Of a stretch of DNA of 44,997 bases, positions 8,514 through 15,737 are shown one piece after another. The first letter of the stretch is position 1, and each line of letters begins with the position of its first letter. The translations under genes and the position numbers were made by a program. Source of the DNA: an uncultured archaeon. GTDB lineage: Archaea; Nanohalarchaeota; Nanosalinia; Nanosalinales; Nanohalalkaliarchaeaceae. A model generated the notes under the pieces. That model did not search any database and was not told where the DNA came from. It saw only the letters and a list, made by a program, of their open reading frames with translations. The stretch is from contig CAZTXA010000002.1 in the NCBI GenBank assembly GCA_964617945.1, positions 1,543 to 46,539 of the forward strand. Direction: 5' to 3'.

Positions 8514-8989
8514 GCTTCCACCCCGTCCAGCACCGGCTGGACGTTGTACGACTCCGAATCCCGCTGCAGCTCCCGGTGCTGCTCCAGGTCGTCGATCGCG
8601 ATACCCGGGACGTTATCGTTGTATAGCTCCTCGACCTGCTTCCACGGCACCAGGAACGCCTTCCGCTGCCGTCCCCGCCCGCGTTTCACCTCGACCGCGA
8701 GGAACCCGGTACGGCCGCTGCGCCGTAAAAACTCACTGATCCGCTCCACCTGGTGGCCGTCCTCGCTCTCGGAAAAGTGCTGGGAGAAGTACAGCTTGTT
8801 CGTCGCGCTGGTGGAGATGGACTTGTTCTCGATCGCGAGGTAGAACTCCGGCCGGATCGAGTCCACAAGCACGTCGACGAACTGTGAACTGAACCGGTGC
8901 TGTTTGCGCCGGTACGCGATGCCGCGCTCGCTGCTCTCCTTGAAATACCGGTTGAACGCGTTCACGAGCTCGCGTTCGAACTCTGTCAT
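8510..8989 (-). CDS. hjc: Holliday-junction resolvase Hjc-like nuclease (restriction-endonuclease fold)
   Basis: Start trimmed to ATG 8989 (MTEFERELVNAF...). ERELV, VDVLVDS and YLAIENKS (D...E-x-K) followed by GFLAVEVK match the Hjc motif order. TATA-like CCTTTAAAC lies about 25 nt upstream. Confidence 0.6.
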   Translation of the reverse strand: MTEFERELVNAFNRYFKESSERGIAYRRKQHRFSSQFVDVLVDSIRPEFYLAIENKSISTSATNKLYFSQHFSESEDGHQVERISEFLRRSGRTGFLAVEVKRGRGRQRKAFLVPWKQVEELYNDNVPGIAIDDLEQHRELQRDSESYNVQPVLDGVEA

Positions 8990-9035
8990 GCGACAGTATA
9001 CGGTTCCCGTGTTTAAAGGATTACCGCGGCACCGG

Positions 9036-9324
9036 TGACAGCGGGGAAAAAGAGTGGGAACCGCGGCGTGGCAGGCGACGCCAGCGGGACAGTGGTCCGT
9101 GACCGTCCTCGCCGCCGCGACCCTCCGAACGCCGCCCACCACGGCTGAGGGCTGCTCCCGTCAAGGCCTGACCCGGTTCACCGCAGGGACGGCCCCGGAG
9201 GACGGCGGGTCGACGTCGGGACACGGGCTGTCCTGCCGGGACGCTGCGCCCCCGCGGCATCACCCCTGCTATCGAGGATTTGCAGTGGAGCCGTCCCCGA
9301 GGCGGCCGGGCTATCCCGCCTCAA
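9036..9324 (-). ncRNA. Signal recognition particle (7S/SRP) RNA; ends approximate
   Basis: The minus strand reads ...GGGUCAGGCCUUGACGGGAGCAGCCC... (plus coordinates 9150-9173). This matches the universal helix-8 pattern GG-UCAGG-stem-tetraloop-stem-AGCAG-CC of E. coli 4.5S RNA (GGUCAGGUCCGGAAGGAAGCAGCC). The region is about 280 nt, GC-rich, highly self-complementary and non-coding. TTTAAAA (9341-9347, minus strand) lies about 25 nt upstream of the proposed 5' end. A U-run (9047-9051) is near the 3' end. Confidence 0.7.
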
Positions 9325-9340
9325 ATCTCGGTCGAGAAGC

Positions 9341-9347
9341 TTTTAAA
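9341..9347 (-). promoter_or_regulatory. TATA-like box for the SRP RNA gene
   Basis: TTTAAAA on the minus strand, about 22-27 nt upstream of the GGCGGGAUAGCCC... start of the structured RNA. Confidence 0.45.
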
Positions 9348-9376
9348 CGTGGTTCTGTGGCGGTGGGAAGGGGACG

Positions 9377-9385
9377 ATTTTTAAG
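9377..9385 (+). promoter_or_regulatory. TATA-like box positioned for a leaderless transcript starting at the Cys-rich mini-ORF
   Basis: ATTTTTAAG is centred at about 9381, 27 nt upstream of ATG 9408. The same spacing is seen at many genes in this window. Confidence 0.4.
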
Positions 9386-9407
9386 TCTGTAGATAGGAGT
9401 GGAGGGT

Positions 9408-9485
9408 ATGAAGGGTGGATGTGTTTGCCGGGGCGGCGACGACGATGACGGGTGCGGCTGCGGCGACGGCTGCGGCTGCTGCTAG
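9408..9485 (+). CDS. 25-codon Cys/Gly/Asp-rich mini-ORF (MKGGCVCRGGDDDDGCGCGDGCGCC); candidate leader peptide or metallothionein-like micropeptide
   Basis: Hand-translated: ATG 9408, TAG 9483-9485, with 8 of 25 codons being Cys (UGU/UGC). GGAGGG lies 2 nt upstream of the ATG, and a TATA-like box is centred 27 nt upstream. Too short for the ORF track. Coding status is unproven. Confidence 0.35.
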   Translation: MKGGCVCRGGDDDDGCGCGDGCGCC

Positions 9486-9526
9486 CCGCGGCACTCCGAC
9501 TCAGTTCTCCAGTACTATCTATACAG

Positions 9527-9597
9527 GCCGGGGTGGCAGAGGAGCTATGCGACCGCCTGCAGAGCGGTTTACCCGGGTGCAAATCCCGGCCCCGGCT
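9527..9597 (+). tRNA. tRNA-Cys (anticodon GCA)
   Basis: Manual cloverleaf. Acceptor GCCGGGG/CCCCGGC is fully paired. Anticodon stem is ACCGC/GCGGT with loop CUGCAGA (GCA at positions 34-36). T arm is CCGGG-UGCAAAU-CCCGG. Discriminator is U. The short 3-bp D stem with a 13:22 mismatch is as in other tRNA-Cys. No encoded CCA. Confidence 0.9.
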
Positions 9598-9614
9598 CTT
9601 TCACAGGGTGGACG

Positions 9615-10025
9615 TTGGTGATACCGGTCGCGCCGGCCATCGCCTACACTCCGGAGAGCGACAGGTTCCTCGTCGTGAAACGGTCGGAGGAGAAGGACAT
9701 GTATCCAGGGCGGTGGGAGTTCCCGGGGGGCGTCATCGAGGCCGGGGAGACCCCGGTCGAGGCGGCTGAACGGGAACTCCGGGAGGAGACCGGGTTCGTG
9801 GGCGACACGATCCGGGAGGGCGGCACACACGTGGTCCGCGGCGACTACGGTGAGTTTAAAGTACATCCGGTGCTTATAGCTGTAGAGAAGCAGGAGCCTG
9901 ACCTGTCCCGGGAACATACCGAGTACCGGTGGCTCCCGTCCGAGGACGTCGTGGCGATGGAACACACTGTTGACGGACTGGACAAGGACCTGCTCGCTGT
10001 CGGTATAGAGGTTGACAACGCATGA
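9615..10025 (+). CDS. Nudix hydrolase
   Basis: Nudix box [24 protein letters not shown]. The start is TTG 9615 or GTG 9618, only 18-21 nt after the tRNA-Cys 3' end. The stop overlaps the cysS ATG (ATGA). Confidence 0.85.
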   Translation: MVIPVAPAIAYTPESDRFLVVKRSEEKDMYPGRWEFPGGVIEAGETPVEAAERELREETGFVGDTIREGGTHVVRGDYGEFKVHPVLIAVEKQEPDLSREHTEYRWLPSEDVVAMEHTVDGLDKDLLAVGIEVDNA

Positions 10026-11440
10026 CACTGTCCCTGTTCAACACCCTTACCCGCGAGAACGAAGAGTTCGACCCGATCGAGGAGGGGAAGGTGCGGATGT
10101 ACTCGTGCGGGCAGACCATCTACGACGACCTCCACGTGGGAAACGCCCGTGCCTACGTTGCATGGGACACGCTCCGCCGCTACCTTGAATGGAAGGGGTA
10201 CACGGTCCGGCACGTCCAGAACATCACTGACGTGGGCCACCTGACAGACGACGGCGACCAGGGCGAGGACAAGGTTGAGCAGCGCGCGGACGAGCTCGGA
10301 CTGGAACCGATGGAGCTCGTGGAGGAACAGCTGCAGCGGTACTTCGAGGACACGCAGGCGTTGAACGTCCCGCGGCAGGACATCATGCCCCGCGCCACCG
10401 GCCACATCAATGAGATGATCGAGTACGTGAAGCGGATCATGGAGAACGGGTACGCGTACGAGCGTGACGGGAACGTCTACTTCGACGTGGAAACGTTCGC
10501 GGAGGATCACGAGTACGGTGCGATGGCGAACAAGGACCTGGAGCAGCTGAAGGAGGAGGCCGAGGGCCGTGTCGAACCGGATGAGCGGAAGAAGAACCAG
10601 TTCGACTTCGCACTGTGGCTGAACGCTGACGAGAACCATGCGATGCAGTGGGAGAGCCCGTGGAGCAGGGGATACCCGGGCTGGCACCTCGAGTGTACAG
10701 TCATGTCGCAGAAATACCTGGGCGACCGGTTCGACATCCACACCGGTGGGAAGGACCACATCTTCCCGCACCACCCGAACGAGCGGGCGCAGGCGCTGGC
10801 AGCGACAGGGGAGGGGATGGCTGACACATGGCTGCACAACGAGTTCGTCACCGTCGAGGGGGAGAAGATGGCGAAGTCGGAGGGCAACTTCTACACCGTC
10901 CGCGAGCTGTTACAGGAGTTCGACGGGGACGCGATCCGGCTGTACCTCGTCTCCTCGCACTACCGCTCCGCGATGGACTTCTCCATCGACGGCCTGGAAC
11001 AGGCCGCGAAGGAACTGTCACGGGCACGACAGACCGTGCAGCGCATAGAGAAAGTGGACGGGGGCGACACGGCGGGTATCGATATCGAGGAGGTCCGCGA
11101 CCGGTTCGCGGCGGAGATGGACGACGACCTGAACACCGCCCGTGCCAAACAGGTACTGATGGACGCGGTCAGCGACGTGAACGCGGCACTCGAGGACGGG
11201 CAGTCGGTGGACGGCAGCGTCCGCGAGACGTTGATCGAACTGTTCGATGTACTGGGTGTCGACGTCGACCCTGATGTCCCGGACGAGGAGCAGGCGATGG
11301 CCGACATGCTGCTGGAGTTGCGGGAGCGGTACCGGGACAACGATGACTACGAGACCGCGGACAGTATCCGCGACGTCATGGACAGTGCAGGGTTCACGGT
11401 CGAGGACACGGGCGACGGCGCGATCTGGCTGAAGAAATAA
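10022..11440 (+). CDS. cysS: Cysteinyl-tRNA synthetase
   Basis: 472 aa. HIGH-type motif [11 protein letters not shown], class-I core [17 protein letters not shown]-type motif [10 protein letters not shown]. Confidence 0.95.
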   Translation: MTLSLFNTLTRENEEFDPIEEGKVRMYSCGQTIYDDLHVGNARAYVAWDTLRRYLEWKGYTVRHVQNITDVGHLTDDGDQGEDKVEQRADELGLEPMELVEEQLQRYFEDTQALNVPRQDIMPRATGHINEMIEYVKRIMENGYAYERDGNVYFDVETFAEDHEYGAMANKDLEQLKEEAEGRVEPDERKKNQFDFALWLNADENHAMQWESPWSRGYPGWHLECTVMSQKYLGDRFDIHTGGKDHIFPHHPNERAQALAATGEGMADTWLHNEFVTVEGEKMAKSEGNFYTVRELLQEFDGDAIRLYLVSSHYRSAMDFSIDGLEQAAKELSRARQTVQRIEKVDGGDTAGIDIEEVRDRFAAEMDDDLNTARAKQVLMDAVSDVNAALEDGQSVDGSVRETLIELFDVLGVDVDPDVPDEEQAMADMLLELRERYRDNDDYETADSIRDVMDSAGFTVEDTGDGAIWLKK

Positions 11441-11444
11441 CGCC

Positions 11445-11540
11445 TTACTCGTCCTCGTCGTCGACTAGTTCCGCGGCCCGGTCGCCCAGCATCGAGCGCA
11501 CTTCTTCCTTCTTTTCTTCCTCTCCGTTGTCCGGGTCCAT
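11445..11540 (-). CDS. 31-aa acidic mini-protein (MDPDNGEEEKKEEVRSMLGDRAAELVDDEDE), hypothetical
   Basis: Hand-translated ATG 11540 to TAA 11445-11447. TTTTATATG on the minus strand lies about 27-35 nt upstream of the ATG. There is no homology evidence. Confidence 0.3.
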   Translation of the reverse strand: MDPDNGEEEKKEEVRSMLGDRAAELVDDEDE

Positions 11541-11641
11541 CGCGTCCTACACCTTCTCGCTCCCGCATATAAAACCACTGGCCGCCCCCGTCATCCACGC
11601 TCAACAGTACCGATTTAAGACAGGGCACCGGTAGGTACGGT

Positions 11642-13039
11642 ATGGACGAATTCGACCTCATCGTAATCGGCTCAGGCTCCGGTCTTGACGTGGCATCGGC
11701 CGCCGCCCGGGAGGGATACGATGTCGCTGTCGTCGAGGAGGGACCGATGGGCGGCACCTGCCTCAACCGGGGGTGCATCCCGTCAAAACTCCTTATCCAC
11801 CGCGCCGACCTCGCCGAGGAGATCGGGCGGTCGGAAGCGTTCGGTATCGATGCCACCGTCGACGACATCCACTTCGCCGACATGGTCCGTGAGGTGAACG
11901 AGGAAGTGGGCGAGGACGCGGAGAACATCAAACGCGGGATCAGGAACTCAGAGCAGCATACACTGTACCACGACCGCGGCCGGTTCGTTGACGACACGGT
12001 TATCGAGGTCGGCGGTGAGAAGATCACGTCGGACCGTATCGTGATCGCGGCCGGAACCCGCCCGGTCGTCCCGCCGGTCGACGGGCTGGAGGAGGTGGAC
12101 TACCTCACGTCGAAGGATGCGCTGGAGCTGGAGGAGCAGCCCTCGCACATGGTTATCATCGGCGGCGGGTATATCGCCGCGGAGCTCGCCCACTTCTACG
12201 GCGCCCTCGGCACCGACATCACCATCATCGAGATGGGGGAGACCATGGTCGGGAACGAGGACGCGGAGATCCGGGAGGTGTTCACCGACAGCTTCTCCGA
12301 GAAATACGACGTCCACCTCGGATACGCGGCCTCTGCCGTGGAAGAACGTGGCGGCGAAATCCGTGTCACCGCGGAGGACGGGGACGGCGACGAGATAGAG
12401 GTAGCGGGTGACGAGCTCCTGGTCGCGGCCGGGCGGACACCGAACACCGACATCCTCGAACTCGAGAGTACAGATATCGAGACCGACGACCGCGGGTTCG
12501 TCGAGACCGACGACCACCTGCGGACGAGCGTCGATGGGGTGTATGCGCTCGGCGACATCGCAGGGAACTGGATGTTCAAACACTCCGCCAACTACGAGGC
12601 CGGTGTCGTGTTCCAGAACCTGTTCGGCGGCGGGGATCAATCCGTGGACTACACGGCGATGCCGCACGCCATCTTCTCCTCGCCGCAGATCGCCGGTGTC
12701 GGGAAGACGGAGGAGGCGTTGAAGGATGACGATGTGGAGTACCTTGTCGGCCGGTACGAGTACGCCGACACCGGGATGGGCAGCGCATTGAAAGAGGAAG
12801 ACGGGTTCGCGAAGGCACTGGTCGACCACGATACCGGAGAGATCCTCGGGTTCCACGTCCTCGGCCCGCACGCCTCCATCCTCATCCACGAAGTCCTGGT
12901 CGCGATGCGGAGCGGCGGGACCGTACAGGACATCAGGGACACGATCCACATCCATCCCGCGTTGAGCGAGGTCGTGTCCCGCACCTTCGGCGCCCTCCAA
13001 CACCCTGGACACCTTGACCACGACCACCACGGGCACTGA
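11642..13039 (+). CDS. Class I pyridine-nucleotide disulfide oxidoreductase (Lpd / mycothione-reductase / GCR-like) with His-rich C-terminal tail
   Basis: FAD motif DLIVIGSGSG, redox-active disulfide GGTCLNRGCIPSK, second Rossmann motif VIIGGGYIAAE, dimerisation-domain HIHPALSEV. The C-terminus is HPGHLDHDHHGH. TATA-like ATTTAAG lies about 25 nt upstream. Confidence 0.9.
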   Translation: MDEFDLIVIGSGSGLDVASAAAREGYDVAVVEEGPMGGTCLNRGCIPSKLLIHRADLAEEIGRSEAFGIDATVDDIHFADMVREVNEEVGEDAENIKRGIRNSEQHTLYHDRGRFVDDTVIEVGGEKITSDRIVIAAGTRPVVPPVDGLEEVDYLTSKDALELEEQPSHMVIIGGGYIAAELAHFYGALGTDITIIEMGETMVGNEDAEIREVFTDSFSEKYDVHLGYAASAVEERGGEIRVTAEDGDGDEIEVAGDELLVAAGRTPNTDILELESTDIETDDRGFVETDDHLRTSVDGVYALGDIAGNWMFKHSANYEAGVVFQNLFGGGDQSVDYTAMPHAIFSSPQIAGVGKTEEALKDDDVEYLVGRYEYADTGMGSALKEEDGFAKALVDHDTGEILGFHVLGPHASILIHEVLVAMRSGGTVQDIRDTIHIHPALSEVVSRTFGALQHPGHLDHDHHGH

Positions 13040-13041
13040 CC

Positions 13042-13713
13042 ATGGACGTCCCGACCGTCTCCGTCGACCAGATGCGCGAGGTCGATGAAATCGTTCCCGA
13101 AGAGTACGGCATCACGGTCTCCCGCATGATGGAGAACGCCGGACTCCAGGTCGCCGAATTCGTCCGGCAGGAGATTGACGCGGAGACCGTCCACGTCTAC
13201 GCCGGCCCGGGGAACAACGGGGGTGACGGGCTGGTGGCGGCGCGGCGCCTCCACCTCTGGGGGTATGACGTCGCCGTCGGCCTCGCCTCCACAGACCTCG
13301 ACGGCATCCGGGAGGAGGAACTGGATATCCTGGAGCAGCTCCAGGTACCGGTAGGAGGGGAGTTGGACGGGTCTCCGGACGTGATCGTTGACGCGCTCAT
13401 CGGGTACAGTCTTGACGGCGACCCGCGGCCGCCGTTCGATGCCTTCATCGACGATATCAACGGGTCGGAAGCAACGGTAGTGAGTATCGACGTGCCGAGC
13501 GGCGTTGACGCTGACACTGGAGCAGGGCGGCAGCCGCACGTGGATGCGGACTATACCGTCACGCTGGCGCTCCCGTTCCATGGACTGGAGAAGGCAGACG
13601 CGGGCGGCGAGGTATGGGTCGCAGACATCTCCGTGCCGACGGCAGTGTACGACCGGTTCGGTATCGATGCAGAGAGACTGTTCGCCGATGCTTCCCTCGT
13701 TCCCTACAGGTAG
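13042..13713 (+). CDS. nnrE: NAD(P)H-hydrate epimerase (YjeF N-terminal domain / NnrE)
   Basis: 223 aa with GPGNNGGDGLVAARRL and DALIGYSL motifs characteristic of YjeF_N. It starts 2 nt after the preceding stop. Confidence 0.8.
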   Translation: MDVPTVSVDQMREVDEIVPEEYGITVSRMMENAGLQVAEFVRQEIDAETVHVYAGPGNNGGDGLVAARRLHLWGYDVAVGLASTDLDGIREEELDILEQLQVPVGGELDGSPDVIVDALIGYSLDGDPRPPFDAFIDDINGSEATVVSIDVPSGVDADTGAGRQPHVDADYTVTLALPFHGLEKADAGGEVWVADISVPTAVYDRFGIDAERLFADASLVPYR

Positions 13714-14468
13714 GTCTGCACGACGATCTTGAGCGCGTACATCACGCCGATCCCGAGCAGGAAGGTCGCCATCTGCACGGTCGACTTCGTCATCCCGGTC
13801 TCCTCCTTGAACTCCGGGAGGAGGTCTGTGCCTGCGATGTAGATGAACCCGCCGGCCGCGAACGGGATGAGGAACTGCCGCACACCGAAACCGTCGGCGA
13901 ACAGGATGACTGCCCCGGCACCGGCGATGGCGGTGACGGCCGAGAGGAAGTTGTAGAACAGGGCGCGCCGCACGGAGAACCCGCCGTGCACCAGGACGCC
14001 GAAGTCCCCGATCTCCTGCGGGATCTCGTGGAGCGCGACTGCGAGCGTGGTCGCGACACCGAGCCCGAACGAGGTGAGGTAGGCGGCGGCGATGACAAGC
14101 CCGTCGATGAAGTTGTGGACGCCGTCCCCGAACAGGACCATGTACGTCCACGGCTCGACGCACTCCGGGCAGTCCTCCTCCGTGAAATGGTGGTGGTGCC
14201 AGTGGATGTACTTCTCGATGAAGAAGAACAGGACGATACCGGACAGGATGTACAGCCCGGTCATCGTTGTCAGGCCGAACTCCGCCGCGGTCTTCGGGAT
14301 GAGGTGGATGAACGCGCCACCGAACATCGCCCCCGCCGCAAAGCTGACAAGCGCGAACACGATCTTCTTCAGCAGCTGCTCCCGCAGCCCCAGCGTCACC
14401 ACGCCGACCAGCGACAGGAGGCTGACCAGTACGACGCTCCCGAATATCCAGGCGATATGTTGTGACAC
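13704..14468 (-). CDS. ZIP-family (ZupT/GufA-like) metal transporter
   Basis: Signature motifs HNFIDGLVIAAAY and ALHEIPQEIGDFGVL. I trimmed the track ORF (13704..14540) to GTG 14468 because its first 24 codons lie inside the tRNA-Gln gene. TATA-like TTTTAAG lies about 25 nt upstream of the GTG. Confidence 0.8.
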   Translation of the reverse strand: MSQHIAWIFGSVVLVSLLSLVGVVTLGLREQLLKKIVFALVSFAAGAMFGGAFIHLIPKTAAEFGLTTMTGLYILSGIVLFFFIEKYIHWHHHHFTEEDCPECVEPWTYMVLFGDGVHNFIDGLVIAAAYLTSFGLGVATTLAVALHEIPQEIGDFGVLVHGGFSVRRALFYNFLSAVTAIAGAGAVILFADGFGVRQFLIPFAAGGFIYIAGTDLLPEFKEETGMTKSTVQMATFLLGIGVMYALKIVVQTYL

Positions 14469-14501
14469 GGTAGCGCACTGGGAAAGAGAGCTTAAAAGGA
14501 A

Positions 14502-14643
14502 TAGCCCCCCCAGGATTCGAACCTGGGTCCGTGGCTCCAAAGGCCACGATGAATTGTCCCGCTCTGATTGACCGGCCCGGCTTCTCGATAGAGATGGCGG
14601 GCGGGAAAACCGCGGAGCGGTTTGACCACTACACTAGGGGGCT
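14502..14643 (-). tRNA. tRNA-Gln (anticodon UUG) with a roughly 69-nt intron in the D-arm
   Basis: Minus strand: AGCCCCC-UA-GUGU-AGUGGUCAA-[intron]-UCAU-C-GUGGC-CUUUGGA-GCCAC-GGAC-CCAGG-UUCGAAU-CCUGG-GGGGGCU-A. Acceptor, anticodon and T arms pair perfectly. The exons sum to about 73 nt. The extra sequence lies at about 14553-14621, between the D-loop and the 3' D-stem strand. The exact splice sites are ambiguous. Confidence 0.8.
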
Positions 14644-14665
14644 CTGCGGAAACACGCCTGTGAGG

Positions 14666-14672
14666 ATTTAAG
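14666..14672 (-). promoter_or_regulatory. TATA-like box for tRNA-Gln
   Basis: CTTAAAT on the minus strand, centred about 26 nt upstream of the tRNA 5' end at 14643. Confidence 0.4.
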
Positions 14673-14680
14673 AAACCGCG

Positions 14681-15235
14681 TTATTGCTGGACTTCGGTCT
14701 TCCGGACTTCGACCTCGCGCAGCGGGTAGATATCCTGTGCCGCGTCCTCCAGCTTCGACTGCAGCTCGCCGCTGAAGATCATGTCCATGAAATCGTCCAG
14801 GCTGTTCTGCTCCGCCTGTTCTGTCGCAGCGTCCTCCATCCGCTTCCTGACCTCGCCGACCTGGGAACTACTGGTCTTCCGGATGGTGGCGCCGACAATC
14901 TTCACACGCACATTCTCTCCGTCCGACGTCTCGACATCGACGACAGCGTCAACACGGTCGGAGCGGCGGGAGACCATCTTCGAGATGTACTCGCTGGAGA
15001 TGTCGTGCCCGGCGATACTGGTCTTCGCCCGGTTCCCGTCCACAGCGTCGACGCGCAGGAACACGTCCATGTAGTACCGGCCGGTATCCGGCCGCAGCTC
15101 CTGCAGTCCGACCTTCACCGTCCGCCCTTCAACCATTTCAGGCTCCTCGGCGGGCGTGTCGGCGACGATGTCGCCACCGAACAGGTCGGGTGCAACGATC
15201 TCGTACCAGTCCTTCTGTAACGCTGCTTTCGCCAT
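14681..15235 (-). CDS. rps3ae: Ribosomal protein S3Ae (eS1)
   Basis: Start trimmed to ATG 15235 (MAKAALQKDWYEIVAPDLFGG...GRTVKVGLQEL...), a typical S3Ae N-terminus. 184 aa. Confidence 0.9.
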   Translation of the reverse strand: MAKAALQKDWYEIVAPDLFGGDIVADTPAEEPEMVEGRTVKVGLQELRPDTGRYYMDVFLRVDAVDGNRAKTSIAGHDISSEYISKMVSRRSDRVDAVVDVETSDGENVRVKIVGATIRKTSSSQVGEVRKRMEDAATEQAEQNSLDDFMDMIFSGELQSKLEDAAQDIYPLREVEVRKTEVQQ

Positions 15236-15309
15236 TATAACACCGTATAGCTCTGTCTCACCCACCTATCCGAATAGCTTTATAAACATGGTTCGAAGGG
15301 GAGAACGGC

Positions 15310-15732
15310 ATGTATTCCCGGTCTCACGCGGTCGTCTCGTTCGCTGCGGTCGGGGGCTACGTCCTCCTTGCAGGAATCCCGTTCCCCGGTGCCGCGTTGT
15401 GGGTGGTCATCGGCGTCGTCGCCGGCGTGTTCATCGACGTCGACCACGTGGTACTGGCTGCTGTCTTCGGCGACCGTGGCGCTGTGTTCCGGTGGATGCG
15501 GCGGCCCTGGGCGCCGTTCACCCACGGGGAGGAGCTCCTGGACGACCTTGAATACGGCAGCCAGCGCCTGTACTACCACCGTATCGCGACCCATGGAGCG
15601 GCTCTTGCCCTGCTGTACCTCGGCAGTCAACGGTACACGCTTCTGCTCCCCGCGTTCATAGCAGCCCTGGTCCACATCGTGTCGGACGTCCTCTGGGACC
15701 TGTGGAACGGCAACTACGCGACCTACTTTTAA
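15310..15732 (+). CDS. Membrane-bound metal-dependent hydrolase-like protein (YdjM/DUF457-like)
   Basis: 140 aa and hydrophobic. His/Asp-containing motifs SHAV, FIDVDHVV, YHRIATHG and VHIVSDVLWD are spaced as in DUF457. This is a motif-level call only. Confidence 0.4.
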   Translation: MYSRSHAVVSFAAVGGYVLLAGIPFPGAALWVVIGVVAGVFIDVDHVVLAAVFGDRGAVFRWMRRPWAPFTHGEELLDDLEYGSQRLYYHRIATHGAALALLYLGSQRYTLLLPAFIAALVHIVSDVLWDLWNGNYATYF

Positions 15733-15737
15733 CATTC

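Noticed and set aside
9054-9392. 112-aa plus-strand ORF and 80-aa minus-strand ORF (9021..9263) in the hjc/tRNA-Cys spacer.
   Set aside because: The region is better explained by a structured SRP RNA with a helix-8 consensus match. The ORF products are Ala/Gly/Arg/Pro-rich with no start context.
14469-14540. N-terminal 24 codons of the track ORF for the ZIP transporter (MEPRTQVRILGG...).
   Set aside because: These codons are the translated T-arm and acceptor stem of tRNA-Gln. A GTG at 14468 with a TATA-like box about 25 nt upstream gives a transporter beginning right at TM1.
12649-14547. 632-aa minus-strand ORF.
   Set aside because: It runs antisense through the oxidoreductase and NnrE genes, out of frame through the ZIP transporter gene (same strand) and into the tRNA-Gln gene. 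Its Arg/Pro/Gly-rich product has no motifs.
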